From Nitrosopumilus sp. (GTDB lineage Archaea; Thermoproteota; Nitrososphaeria; Nitrososphaerales; Nitrosopumilaceae), in the NCBI GenBank assembly GCA_965218785.1, contig OZ244650.1, positions 832,001 through 896,000 on the forward strand: a DNA stretch of 64,000 bases, read 5' to 3'. The notes below the pieces were generated by a model, which was given only the letters and a program-made list of their open reading frames with translations, was not told the DNA's origin and did not search any database. This document shows positions 12,401 to 21,749 of this stretch, one piece after another. The position numbers and the translations under genes were made by a program. Position 1 is the stretch's first letter. Every line of letters starts with the position of its first letter.

Positions 12401-15400
12401 CCAACAACCGCCGGATCCAGGTATTTGATAACACAGGCACCCATGTCAGCTCGTTTGATTTACGAGGTGCAAGAGGCGGCGATGATTTCAGCCCATCAGG
12501 AATCACAACAAACTCCACACACATACTGGTTTCTGACATCGGTAATGACAACATACATGTATTTGATCCGGACGGTACCCATGCCGGCACATTCGGTAGT
12601 GGAGGCACAGCCCCTAATGAATTTAGCATTCCTCGAGGAATCACAATAACCCCCACGCACATGCTGGTTACAGACAGCGGCAACGACCGAATCCAGATAT
12701 TTGATCTAGGCGGTAACTATGTAGGTATGTTTGGCAGTTCCGGTGACAGTGAGAACCAGTTTCATTTACCATATGGAATCACAACAAACTCCACGCACCT
12801 GCTGGTTACAGAATTACGCTCCGACAGAATCCAGACATTTGATCTTGCACCTGCTGCGACCATAAATACCAACACCCCCAACGGCGGTACATCTTTTTAT
12901 GAGACCGTATCATACACTGTCACCTTTACTGAAGACGTGTCATACTTTGATGGTACGGATATCCTCATATCTGGAACCGCATCAGGTGGTTCGCCTACCG
13001 TGTCAAACTTTATGAAAATAAATGCAACTGATTATACGTTTGACGTGGTAACCACCGATGACGGTACGGTTGCAGTAACGATTCCCAAAAACGTGGCAGT
13101 AGGCAGTGCAGACACCGGCAACGTGCCATCTGTCACACATGCCGTTACAGTCGATACCACTGCACCCACCGTAAGCATAACTCCAGATGATGACAGCATC
13201 ATAGACACCAACATAATATCCTATACTGTCGCCTTCAGCAAGGAGGATGTGACGGGATTTACAGCATTTGATATTGAACTATCTGGAACGGCATCCATCC
13301 ACCCGTCTGCACCATCAAACTTTATGAAAACAAGTGCGACAGAGTATACCTTTGACGTGGAAACCACCAGTGACGGTACGGTAATAGTAACGATTCCTGA
13401 AAACGCAGCAGTAAGTAGGACAGGTACCGGCAACATATCCTCTGATACACATACCATTACAGTAAATGCCAGGATACCCACCGTAACCATAACTGCCGAT
13501 ACGGCAGATGACGGCACCACGGGCACCAACATAATATCCTATACTGCCACCTTTGATGAGACCATAACTGGATTTGATACCACATCTAATATCACAGTAA
13601 CTGGAACAGCTATTACAACGGCATCTACACCTACTGGAGACGGCACCACATACTTTTTTACCGTGACTGCCCTCACTGACGGTACGGTCACAGTATCAAT
13701 TCCCGAAAACGTGGCAACAGATATTGGAGACAACAACAACACGGCATCTGACCCATACACCGTTACTGTGGATGCCCCGGTATCATTTGGGACTTTTGTC
13801 AGCACTATTGGCAGTAAAGGTTCAAGCGACGGTCAGTTTGAAAAACCTGCCGGAATAACGACAAACTCCACACACATACTGGTTGCAGACACCGACAACG
13901 ACAGAATCCAAATATTTCATCTGAACGGCACCCATTCCAACACGCTTGACAGTTTCGACGGTTCAGATGACGACAACTTTCATTACCCTCAAGCAATAAC
14001 GACAAACTCCACTCACATACTGGTTGCAGACACCTTCAACAACAGAATACTGATATTTAACACCGCAGGCATCTTACTCCACACGTTTGGCAGTCATGGC
14101 TCAGACCCCGGCGAGTTTAAAAGTCCACACGGAATCACGACAAACTCCACTCACATACTGGTTGCAGACACCAACAACCAACGGATCCAGGTATTTGATG
14201 ACACAGGCACCCACGTCAGCTCGTTTGGTTTACAGGGAGCAGGAGGCAGCAAATCTTTCAACCCACTAGAAATCACAACAAACTCCACGCACATACTGGT
14301 TACAGACCGCGGTAACGACAGAATTCAGGTATTTGATCTGGACGGCACATATACCAGCTCCATTGGCAGTCCAGGCTCAGCCCCCCGTGAATTTAACAAC
14401 CCACACGGAATCACAACAACTCCCACGCACATACTGGTTGCAGACACCGACAACGACAGGATCCAGATATTTGATCATAACGGCAACTATGTAGGTATGA
14501 TTGATAGTTTCGGTAATGATGTGAACCCGTTTGACACACCGTCAGGAATCACGACAAACTCCACGCACATGCTGGTTGCTGAATTAAACAACCACAGAAT
14601 CCAGGTATTTGATCTTGCGCCCGCTGCGACCATAAAGACTGACACCCCCGACGGTGGCACACATTTCTCTGAGATCATATCATATACGGTCACCTTTACA
14701 AAAGACGTGTCGTACTTTGATGGTACGGACATCCTCATATCTGGAACCGCATTGGGTGATTTCCCTGTGGCGTCAAACTTTGATGGTTCCGGTGCATCAT
14801 ACACCTTTGATGTGGTGAGTACCTCCAACGGCGTGGTTACAGTATCGATTCCTAAAAACGTGGCGGCAAGTAATACAAACATCCGCAACGTGCCATCTGC
14901 CACACATTCCATTACAATCGATACACACGCACCCACCGTAACCATAACTCCCGATGATGGCAGCACCGTAGATACCAACATAATATCCTATACTGCCACC
15001 TTCAGCGAGGAGGACGTGACGGGCTTTACGGTATCTGACATTGAACTATCTGGAACGGCATCCATCCACCCGTCTGCACCATCAAACTTTGTGAAATTAA
15101 GTGCGACAGAGTATACCTTTGACGTGGAAACCACCCGTGATGGTACGGTAATAGTAACGATTCTTGAAAACGCGGTGACAAGCAGGACGGGCAGCGGCAA
15201 CATGGCATCTGCCACACATACCATTACGGTAAATGCCAGGGTGCCTGCCGCAACCCTGACTGCCGATACTGCTGATGGCGGCACCACGGACATTAACACA
15301 GTATCCTATACTGCCATCTTTGATGAGACAGTCACCGACTTTGATGATGCAGATGATATCACCGTATCTGGAACAGCTACTGCAACGGCATCCGCACCGA

Positions 15401-18400
15401 CTGGAGACGGTACCACATACTCCTTTACTGTGACTGCCACCTCTGATGGTACTGTCACGGTATCTATTCCTGAAGACGTGGCAACTGATATTGGAGGCAA
15501 CTACAACGCGGAATCCGATCCATACACCGTTACAGTGGATGTCCCCGTATCATTTGGGAATTTTGTCAGCGAGTTTGGCAGTAAAGGCAGACCATCTGGC
15601 GACCAGCTTAGCTTCCCCGTGGGAGTCACAACAAACTCCACGCACATACTGGTTACAGACACCTTCAACGACAGGATACAGGTATTTGATCTAAACGGCA
15701 TCCCTGTCGGCACGATTGGCGGTTTTGGCAGCGTTGATGGCATGTTTGAAGATCCTACCGGCATCACAACAAACTCCACTCACATACTGGTTTCAGATTT
15801 TAGCAACACCAGGATACAGATATTACATCTGAACGGCACACATGCCAACACGATTGACGACGGGCAGTTTGACTCACCACACGGAATCACGGCAAACTCC
15901 ACGCACATACTGGTTGCTGATTCCTATAACGACAACATCCAGGTACTTGATAACACGGGCAACCGTGTCAGCACGTTTGGCAGTGAAGGCTCAGAAGACG
16001 GGCAGTTTGACTCACCACATGACATCACGACAAACTCCACACACATACTGGTTGCAGATACCCTCAACCACAGGATACAGGTATTTGATGACACGGGCAC
16101 CCATGTCAGTACGATTGGTAGTCCCAGCTCCAATTTTGGTATGGCCGACGGCGAGTTTAACCTTCCACGGGGAATCACAACAACTCCCACGTACATACTG
16201 GTTACAGACTCTAACAACAACAGGATACAGATATTTGATCTGGATGGCACCCATGTCAGCACGTTTGGCAGTGCAGGCTCAGGCAACAACCAGTTTGACT
16301 CACCATACGGCATCACAGCAAACTCCACACACATGCTGGTTGCAGACTCCTACAACAACAGGATACAGGTATTTGATCTTCCACCTGCAGCAACGATATC
16401 TTCTACCCCCTCTGATAGTGGAAGTGGATTTTTTGATACCTTATCTTATGTTGTCCTGTTCAGTGAATCTGTGACGGGCTTTGGTGAATCTGATGTTATA
16501 ATATCCGGAACGGCATCTGTCGACCTGTCTGCACCGTCAAACTTTGAGGGATCCGGTGCATTATACACCTTTGATGTGGTGAGCACCTCTGATGGTACAG
16601 TTACCGTATCAATTCCTAAAAACGCGGCAACAGATAATGCTGGCAACATCAACCCTCCCTTTACATCCCATACCGCTACAATAAATACATCTGTGATCGT
16701 TGACACATCTGACTCTCCGAGGATAACTGATGCCGCGTCACTGAAATTCTTTATTACGCACACTGACACCCTTGTCATCTCTGATATCGTAACTGGCATG
16801 GGCACCATCGAAACATCCGACTCTCCGAGAATAGCTGATACAGCATCACTGGAACTGCACATTACTGCCACTGACACACCAGCCATATCTGATGAATCAG
16901 ACATGCAGATCCTGTACGCCATCACCGAATCCACCATCACCGTATCTGACTCTCCCGTACTAGATGACTCTGCATCAATTCAGATCTCCATTACCCTCTC
17001 TGATTCTCCGGCAATCTCTGATGTCGTAACTGGCATGGGCGGCATTGACACATCCGACTCCCCCGTACTAGCCGACACCGCATCCACCAAGATCTCCATT
17101 ACCCTCTCTGATTCTCCGGCAATCTCTGATACCGTAACTGGCATGGGCGGCATTGACACATCCGACTCCCCCGTACTAGCCGACACCGCATCCACCAAGA
17201 TCTCCATTACCCTCTCTGATTCTCCGGCAATCTCTGATGTCGTAACTGGCATGGGCGGCATTGACACATCCGACTCCCCCGTACTAGCCGACACCGCATC
17301 CACCAAGATCTCCATTACCCTCTCTGATTCTCCGGCAATCTCTGATACCGTAACTGGCATGGGCGGCATTGACACATCCGACTCTCCGAGAATAACTGAT
17401 GCCGCATCACTGGAACTGCACATTACTGCCACTGACGCACCTGCCATATCTGATGAATCCGACATGCAGGTACTGGAGACCATCACCGAATCCACCATCG
17501 CCGTATCTGACTCCCCCGTACTAGCCGACACCGCATCCACCAAGATCTCCATTACCCTCTCTGATTCTCCGGCAATCTCTGATACCGTAACTGGCATGGG
17601 CGGCATTGACACATCCGACTCTCCGAGAATAACTGATGCCGCATCACTGGAACTGCACATTACTGCCACTGACGCACCTGCCATATCTGATGAATCCGAC
17701 ATGCAGGTACTGGAGACCATCACCGAATCCACCATCACCGTATCTGACTCCCCCGTACTAGATGACTCTGCATCCACCAAGATCTCCATTACCCTCTCTG
17801 ATTCTCCGGCAATCTCTGATATCATAACTGGCATGGGCGGCATCAAAACATCAGACTCTCCGAGAATAACTGATGCCGCATCACTGGAACTGCACATTAC
17901 TGCCACTGACGCACCAGCCATATCCGATGAATCCGACATGCATGTCCTGGAGACCGTCACCGAATCCACCATCGCCGTATCTGACTCCCCCGTACTAGCT
18001 GACACCGCATCCGCTCGGATCTCTATCATCCTCTCTGATTCCCCGGCAATCTCTGACACCATATCTGGCATGGGCACCATCGAAGCATCTGATTCTCCAA
18101 CAATAACTGACACCGCATCCATGCAACTACACATAACCACCACTGACGCACCTGCCATATCCGATGAATCCGACATAGAGATCACAACCCCCATCACTGG
18201 ATCCGAGATCACCGAATATCCAATCACCGTATCTGACTCCCCCGTACTATCTGACACCGTATCCACCAGGATCTCCATTACCCTCTCTGACTCTCCGGCA
18301 ATCTCTGACACCATATCTGGCATGGGCACCATCGAAGCATCTGACTCTCCGGTTCTATTTGATACCGTTACAATCAATACTGCAATACCTGAGATAATAT

Positions 18401-20154
18401 CTGCAAGACTCTCCACTAATACGATCACCATAATCTACAACGTACCAGTAACTACAATTCTTGCCCATTATATGGATCTGACTATCGATGGGGTATCATC
18501 ACAACTTGAAATATCTGATATTGCCGGTAGTACCACTGATACCATCTCACTTACCCTCCCCTCCGAGTTCCCAGCGGGAACCGTTGCCACAATAGATGTA
18601 TCTGGTCCAACAAGTACATCAGACTCTACACGCGTGCTTTTACCGCTAGTTGACCAACTGGTAACAGCAGAAGACAACGTTACACTTGTCGGTACTGACA
18701 ACAGCATTGCAGTAACTGATCCTGCTTCCACCCTTACCACAGTCACATATTCCAATACCGTTGGTGCCACGCTGGATTACTCATCACTGCTAGAAGACAA
18801 ACCGGGACTTCGAACTGCCATGACAAACGACGAGATTGTAATAACTGCGACAGGTCTGCGTGGAGGGAATATTCAGGTGACTATTCCTGCCAGCACCAGT
18901 TTTAGCTCTCCTACCTTTGATGGAATACTGGTTCTGCCAACTGACACTGACTCTGACACTGGTTGTAACTCTGATGCCATAACCTCCGGTGCACAGGCAT
19001 CCTGCATCGAGATAGGACAGTCTGATTCTGTGATAAACACTGATAAGCCAATACGGATACAGCTTGGAGGGCAGGCAGGCAACGTTCCATGGTATTCTGA
19101 GAGCGGTGCTGCAGCTACCCAGATAACTACGGCGTGTACTGCCGATGATATTGACTCTGTATCAGCGCAGCTTGACGGCACCGGGGAGTGCTTCATAAAC
19201 ACGAATGGTAACCTGATAATCTGGACTACGCACTTTACAACATTTGGCTCAAACCTGGTATCACCACCACCACCACCGGTTGTTGTTGAACCAGAACCAG
19301 AATCAATACCAGAACCTGCTCCTAGAAGGTCAGGCGGCGGCGGAGGTGGAGGTGGCGGCGGAGGCGGCGGCGGTGGCGGCGGCGGTGGCGGCGGCGACAG
19401 AGGTGAAGGCAGCAACAGCAGAGGTTCACCCTACAACCTGTCCTTCATCCTTACATCAGACGGAGCAAACGCATTGACAGGCCCATCACAGATAACACTT
19501 GAATCTAACACATCACTTACAATAGCACCACAGATACTGCCCATTGACGCACGCCAGAAAATCCTAAAGATGGAGATCATCATCTCGGATCATACAACAC
19601 CTGAACTTCCGGCTGCCCTGATACAATACATGTTGATTCCAAATACTCTTACACATGACAAATGTACTGGCAAGGAACACACATCAGACCGTCTTTATGT
19701 CTGTGATTTCTCCTCGATCATATCTGAGACACAGGTATCATATCTTAAATCCATTCTTTCAACTGCAAGGCACTTTGACAGTATAGTGATACCTTTTGAA
19801 GGGGATTTCTCAGGCAGTCTCAGCGTATTCTTGCAGGATAATCGTGGAATAACCCTGTCTTCGCACACCCGCACGATGTATGGTATTGTTGTAACATCAG
19901 GAGAGAATGACAAACCCGAGACTGTAGACGAGGTGAATCCAGAACCGGTGGAAATGAATCCAGAACCGGCACCCGTGAATCCAGAACCGGCACCAGTGAA
20001 TCCAGAACCGGTGGAAACGGATCCAGAACCAGTGGAAATGAATCCAGAACCGGTGGAAATAACAGAATCCACACGAGCAGATCCAGAATCTGCAGATGAT
20101 CGTAATTTCTTTGAGAAGATTGTAGACTGGTTCCAGTCACTGTTTGGACTTTGA
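9460..20154 (+). CDS. Giant NHL-repeat/Ig-like surface protein, C-terminal 3564 aa (4 propellers, Ig-like domains, SDSP stalk, Cys-containing IWTTHFT domain, Gly/Pro linkers, amphipathic C-terminal anchor)
   Basis: Uninterrupted ORF; ~1770-nt module periodicity (11262/13032; 11451/13221/14988); C-terminus NFFEKIVDWFQSLFGL; no signal peptide of its own. Confidence 0.85.
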   Translation: MATAHRSNGTDYTFDVATADNTVAVSIPKNVAVDDAGNGNVTSDLYTVTVNTNAPTVTIIADTVNGGTVDTKTISYMVTFDMDVNDFTESDIMVTGTASGDSPAPSNFMKLSATEYTFDVATIRDGTVTVTIPENVASSNTGNYNVASNTHTITVDAYIPTVTITTDTADGSTTGTNITSYTATFDEIVTGFDTTSDITVSGSAAATASAPTGAGTTYSFTVTADSDGTVTVSIPANAAEDSTDNGNIQSDPYTVTVDTPITFGTFVSSFGRQGSGDGRFNNPIGITTNSTHILVADATNNRIQIFYLNGTHSNTLDSFDGSDDGLFDNPQGITTNSTHMLVADTDNDRILIFDTAGILLQTIDRFGPDLRKFNSPQGITMTSVHILITDSRNHMVHIFDLDGTPVNSFELQDARTNHPFIPRGITTNSTHILVTDTDNGRIQVFDNTGTHAGTIGSIGTTDGKFKNPRGITTTPTHILVADTSNHKIQVFDMGGNHVSTLGRFGGGAGQFSLPYGITTNSTHMLVADTRNARIQTFDLAPTVTINTNISNGGTSFSETVSYTATFTEDVSYFDGADILISGTASGGLPTVSNFVKINATDYTFDVATTDDGTVTVAIPKNVAVGSADAGNVPSATHTITVNTDSPIVTITPDDDSTVDTDTISYTVTFSEEDMVGFTVSDIELSGTATIHPSAPSNFMKTSATEYTFDVATTDDGTVIVSIPEDVAVSTTDTGKVTSVKHTITVNANIPTVTITADTAYGGTTNTDTISYTATFDEEVTGFDDTDDIVISGTATATVSALTGDGATYFFTVTALTDGTVTVSIPENVATDIAGNNNVASDPYTVTADVPISFATFVRSFGSIGASDGEFRNPTGIITNSTHMVVTDAGNDRLQIFHLNGTHANTLDSFDGSDDGLFDYPRAITTNSTHMLVTDSSHNRILIFDTAGILLHTFGSRGSDPGEFNRPSGIATNSTHILVADTNNRRIQVFDNTGTHVSSFDLRGARGGDDFSPSGITTNSTHILVSDIGNDNIHVFDPDGTHAGTFGSGGTAPNEFSIPRGITITPTHMLVTDSGNDRIQIFDLGGNYVGMFGSSGDSENQFHLPYGITTNSTHLLVTELRSDRIQTFDLAPAATINTNTPNGGTSFYETVSYTVTFTEDVSYFDGTDILISGTASGGSPTVSNFMKINATDYTFDVVTTDDGTVAVTIPKNVAVGSADTGNVPSVTHAVTVDTTAPTVSITPDDDSIIDTNIISYTVAFSKEDVTGFTAFDIELSGTASIHPSAPSNFMKTSATEYTFDVETTSDGTVIVTIPENAAVSRTGTGNISSDTHTITVNARIPTVTITADTADDGTTGTNIISYTATFDETITGFDTTSNITVTGTAITTASTPTGDGTTYFFTVTALTDGTVTVSIPENVATDIGDNNNTASDPYTVTVDAPVSFGTFVSTIGSKGSSDGQFEKPAGITTNSTHILVADTDNDRIQIFHLNGTHSNTLDSFDGSDDDNFHYPQAITTNSTHILVADTFNNRILIFNTAGILLHTFGSHGSDPGEFKSPHGITTNSTHILVADTNNQRIQVFDDTGTHVSSFGLQGAGGSKSFNPLEITTNSTHILVTDRGNDRIQVFDLDGTYTSSIGSPGSAPREFNNPHGITTTPTHILVADTDNDRIQIFDHNGNYVGMIDSFGNDVNPFDTPSGITTNSTHMLVAELNNHRIQVFDLAPAATIKTDTPDGGTHFSEIISYTVTFTKDVSYFDGTDILISGTALGDFPVASNFDGSGASYTFDVVSTSNGVVTVSIPKNVAASNTNIRNVPSATHSITIDTHAPTVTITPDDGSTVDTNIISYTATFSEEDVTGFTVSDIELSGTASIHPSAPSNFVKLSATEYTFDVETTRDGTVIVTILENAVTSRTGSGNMASATHTITVNARVPAATLTADTADGGTTDINTVSYTAIFDETVTDFDDADDITVSGTATATASAPTGDGTTYSFTVTATSDGTVTVSIPEDVATDIGGNYNAESDPYTVTVDVPVSFGNFVSEFGSKGRPSGDQLSFPVGVTTNSTHILVTDTFNDRIQVFDLNGIPVGTIGGFGSVDGMFEDPTGITTNSTHILVSDFSNTRIQILHLNGTHANTIDDGQFDSPHGITANSTHILVADSYNDNIQVLDNTGNRVSTFGSEGSEDGQFDSPHDITTNSTHILVADTLNHRIQVFDDTGTHVSTIGSPSSNFGMADGEFNLPRGITTTPTYILVTDSNNNRIQIFDLDGTHVSTFGSAGSGNNQFDSPYGITANSTHMLVADSYNNRIQVFDLPPAATISSTPSDSGSGFFDTLSYVVLFSESVTGFGESDVIISGTASVDLSAPSNFEGSGALYTFDVVSTSDGTVTVSIPKNAATDNAGNINPPFTSHTATINTSVIVDTSDSPRITDAASLKFFITHTDTLVISDIVTGMGTIETSDSPRIADTASLELHITATDTPAISDESDMQILYAITESTITVSDSPVLDDSASIQISITLSDSPAISDVVTGMGGIDTSDSPVLADTASTKISITLSDSPAISDTVTGMGGIDTSDSPVLADTASTKISITLSDSPAISDVVTGMGGIDTSDSPVLADTASTKISITLSDSPAISDTVTGMGGIDTSDSPRITDAASLELHITATDAPAISDESDMQVLETITESTIAVSDSPVLADTASTKISITLSDSPAISDTVTGMGGIDTSDSPRITDAASLELHITATDAPAISDESDMQVLETITESTITVSDSPVLDDSASTKISITLSDSPAISDIITGMGGIKTSDSPRITDAASLELHITATDAPAISDESDMHVLETVTESTIAVSDSPVLADTASARISIILSDSPAISDTISGMGTIEASDSPTITDTASMQLHITTTDAPAISDESDIEITTPITGSEITEYPITVSDSPVLSDTVSTRISITLSDSPAISDTISGMGTIEASDSPVLFDTVTINTAIPEIISARLSTNTITIIYNVPVTTILAHYMDLTIDGVSSQLEISDIAGSTTDTISLTLPSEFPAGTVATIDVSGPTSTSDSTRVLLPLVDQLVTAEDNVTLVGTDNSIAVTDPASTLTTVTYSNTVGATLDYSSLLEDKPGLRTAMTNDEIVITATGLRGGNIQVTIPASTSFSSPTFDGILVLPTDTDSDTGCNSDAITSGAQASCIEIGQSDSVINTDKPIRIQLGGQAGNVPWYSESGAAATQITTACTADDIDSVSAQLDGTGECFINTNGNLIIWTTHFTTFGSNLVSPPPPPVVVEPEPESIPEPAPRRSGGGGGGGGGGGGGGGGGGGGGDRGEGSNSRGSPYNLSFILTSDGANALTGPSQITLESNTSLTIAPQILPIDARQKILKMEIIISDHTTPELPAALIQYMLIPNTLTHDKCTGKEHTSDRLYVCDFSSIISETQVSYLKSILSTARHFDSIVIPFEGDFSGSLSVFLQDNRGITLSSHTRTMYGIVVTSGENDKPETVDEVNPEPVEMNPEPAPVNPEPAPVNPEPVETDPEPVEMNPEPVEITESTRADPESADDRNFFEKIVDWFQSLFGL
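16700..18370 (+). repeat. Intragenic SDSP-motif tandem repeats (108-bp and 240-bp units)
   Basis: tggcatgggcggcattgacacatccgac recurs at a 108-nt period from ~17031, then 240-nt units from ~17356. Confidence 0.9.
19333..19395 (+). repeat. GGN trinucleotide tract (poly-Gly linker)
   Basis: ggcggcggcggaggtgga... encodes ~21 Gly after a PPPPP..EPEPE linker. Confidence 0.9.
19933..20060 (+). repeat. 21-bp repeats encoding NPEPVEM/NPEPAPV spacer
   Basis: atccagaaccg/a at 21-nt spacing, 6 units. Confidence 0.85.
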
Positions 20155-20430
20155 GAATAAATCCCGGTAAGATCGTGATTCAAAAAGACTGCTGATCCGT
20201 GTCGGTACACGCATTTACCTGTCCCAACTTTGTGATCTTGCGGGTTGCTGTAAAATTTCCTAATGTCTGTAATTTCTTCGTCTGAAAGTAACCGTCCTGA
20301 TCTCTTTATCTTCTTTTACAGGCTGCTATCTGTATATGGTAGTCACCAATCAAAACGCCGTTTGTCTGCAACATGCGATTTACCAGTATACACAGTAACC
20401 GCCGGCATTTTAGGAAACATTTTTGATTAA

Positions 20431-20712
20431 TTACCCGCTGAAGATCCGCTCTCTTATCTCCGGTATGTGCTTGTATACCAGGTCCCTCACCCTCATCTGA
20501 TCTTCTGCAGTCGGCATCTCTTTTTGCGCGCTGAGAATCGCACCGCTTAACCCCAACGCCATTCCCATGACGACTCCGTATACAAACTCTTTTGGGTTTT
20601 CGACCTTTAGCGTATCCCGGTTCTCCTTGATATCCTCCATGTATGCAGGAATCGTTGCTATGGCACCGTTGATAGTCTGCGTGATTAGCATCTCTAGTTG
20701 GTCCTCACTCAT
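20431..20712 (-). CDS. Conserved thaumarchaeal-type hypothetical protein (93 aa)
   Basis: Clean ORF, core-like composition, EFVYGVVMGMALG helix. Confidence 0.75.
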   Translation of the reverse strand: MSEDQLEMLITQTINGAIATIPAYMEDIKENRDTLKVENPKEFVYGVVMGMALGLSGAILSAQKEMPTAEDQMRVRDLVYKHIPEIRERIFSG

Positions 20713-20783
20713 GCCACCTTCCGGAGAGTTTTCTTAATAAATCTGTGCCCAAGATTTTTAATCGGGGTTTTCTGTGTGGTGAC

Positions 20784-21185
20784 ATGTACTCGTTTTTTAC
20801 CGCTAATGAGGCCAACGCCGCCCTTCCGGATGTGATAAAAAAGTTTGAGCTTGCCCTGGCAAAAAGAAAGGGGGTTGCAAAACTCGAGCAGCAGCTGCAG
20901 ATGAGCATGGCCACTGCAGGCTCTTTTAAAGAGTATGTGCCCCTCAAACAGAAACTAAATTCCATGATCACCCAGTTTTACCAGTCAGTTGAGGTTCTCG
21001 AAAACACCGGTGTTGTAGTAAAAAGTATTGACGAGGGACTGCTTGATTTTCCCTCAAAAAGATTCAATGAGGAGGTCTGGCTGTGCTGGAAATACGGGGA
21101 GACGGAGATAAAGTTCTGGCATGAAAAGGATTCCGGTTTTATGGCACGAAAACCAATAGAGGTCAGTGACGAATCGCTGGTCTGA
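20784..21185 (+). CDS. DUF2203 family protein
   Basis: FT.NEANAALP N-terminus; GLLDFPS..EEVWLCWKYGE.EI.FWH...GF..RKP. Confidence 0.85.
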   Translation: MYSFFTANEANAALPDVIKKFELALAKRKGVAKLEQQLQMSMATAGSFKEYVPLKQKLNSMITQFYQSVEVLENTGVVVKSIDEGLLDFPSKRFNEEVWLCWKYGETEIKFWHEKDSGFMARKPIEVSDESLV

Positions 21186-21209
21186 GCATATCTGTGCACA
21201 CAATTGGCA

Positions 21210-21595
21210 CAAATTACGTGCCTTAAATTGACAATCTTTTCTTCTGGCACATAACACTCTGAAATGTATCCACCCATGTACTAGTCTGCAAGTGCGTGCG
21301 CGTCTATCTTGTCTGTTTTTTTCTTGGATGCTGCAATTGCCTTTGTATGGTATGGATTGGAAAGAATCACATCCAAGCCCTGTTATCTCGTATAAACATG
21401 AATGGACCATACCATACCGATGATGATTCAGTAACGCATTTTGAATTCTTTGGCAGGATGGGGGAAGGTATTATGCATATCATCATGTGTGTTTTGAGTC
21501 CTTTCATTAAACAGGACATTGCCATCATTATCCATTGCCTCTACTTGGAGAAATTCCTTATGTAGGTCGATTCCCACATATGTCACAGATTCCAT
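21210..21595 (-). pseudogene. IS110-family (DEDD) transposase N-terminal remnant
   Basis: Minus strand reads MESVTYVGIDLHKEFLQVEAMDNDGNV, then across frameshifts VTESSSVW, LDVILSNPYHTKAIAASKKKTDKIDAHALAD and GGYISECYVP. Confidence 0.85.
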
Positions 21596-21749
21596 CTTTT
21601 TTCCCTAATGATTTTGTTTGTTTTTTTCTTGGAAACTGTATTTTTTCCAGATGGGGTCTTCCTAATAACATCTGAATTTCTTTTTTCTTCACATATAGCT
21701 AAGACTGATTAATAAATACGGTTTATTTGATATCTGATAAATTGGATCA

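Noticed and set aside
3640-18370. Regularly spaced repeats that could be mistaken for a CRISPR array
   Set aside because: In-frame protein-coding repeats; no cas genes or leader
3583-20210. Dozens of antisense and alternate-frame ORFs (up to 483 aa) over the giant gene
   Set aside because: Shadows of a repetitive, codon-biased coding strand; they repeat with the module period and have no independent motifs
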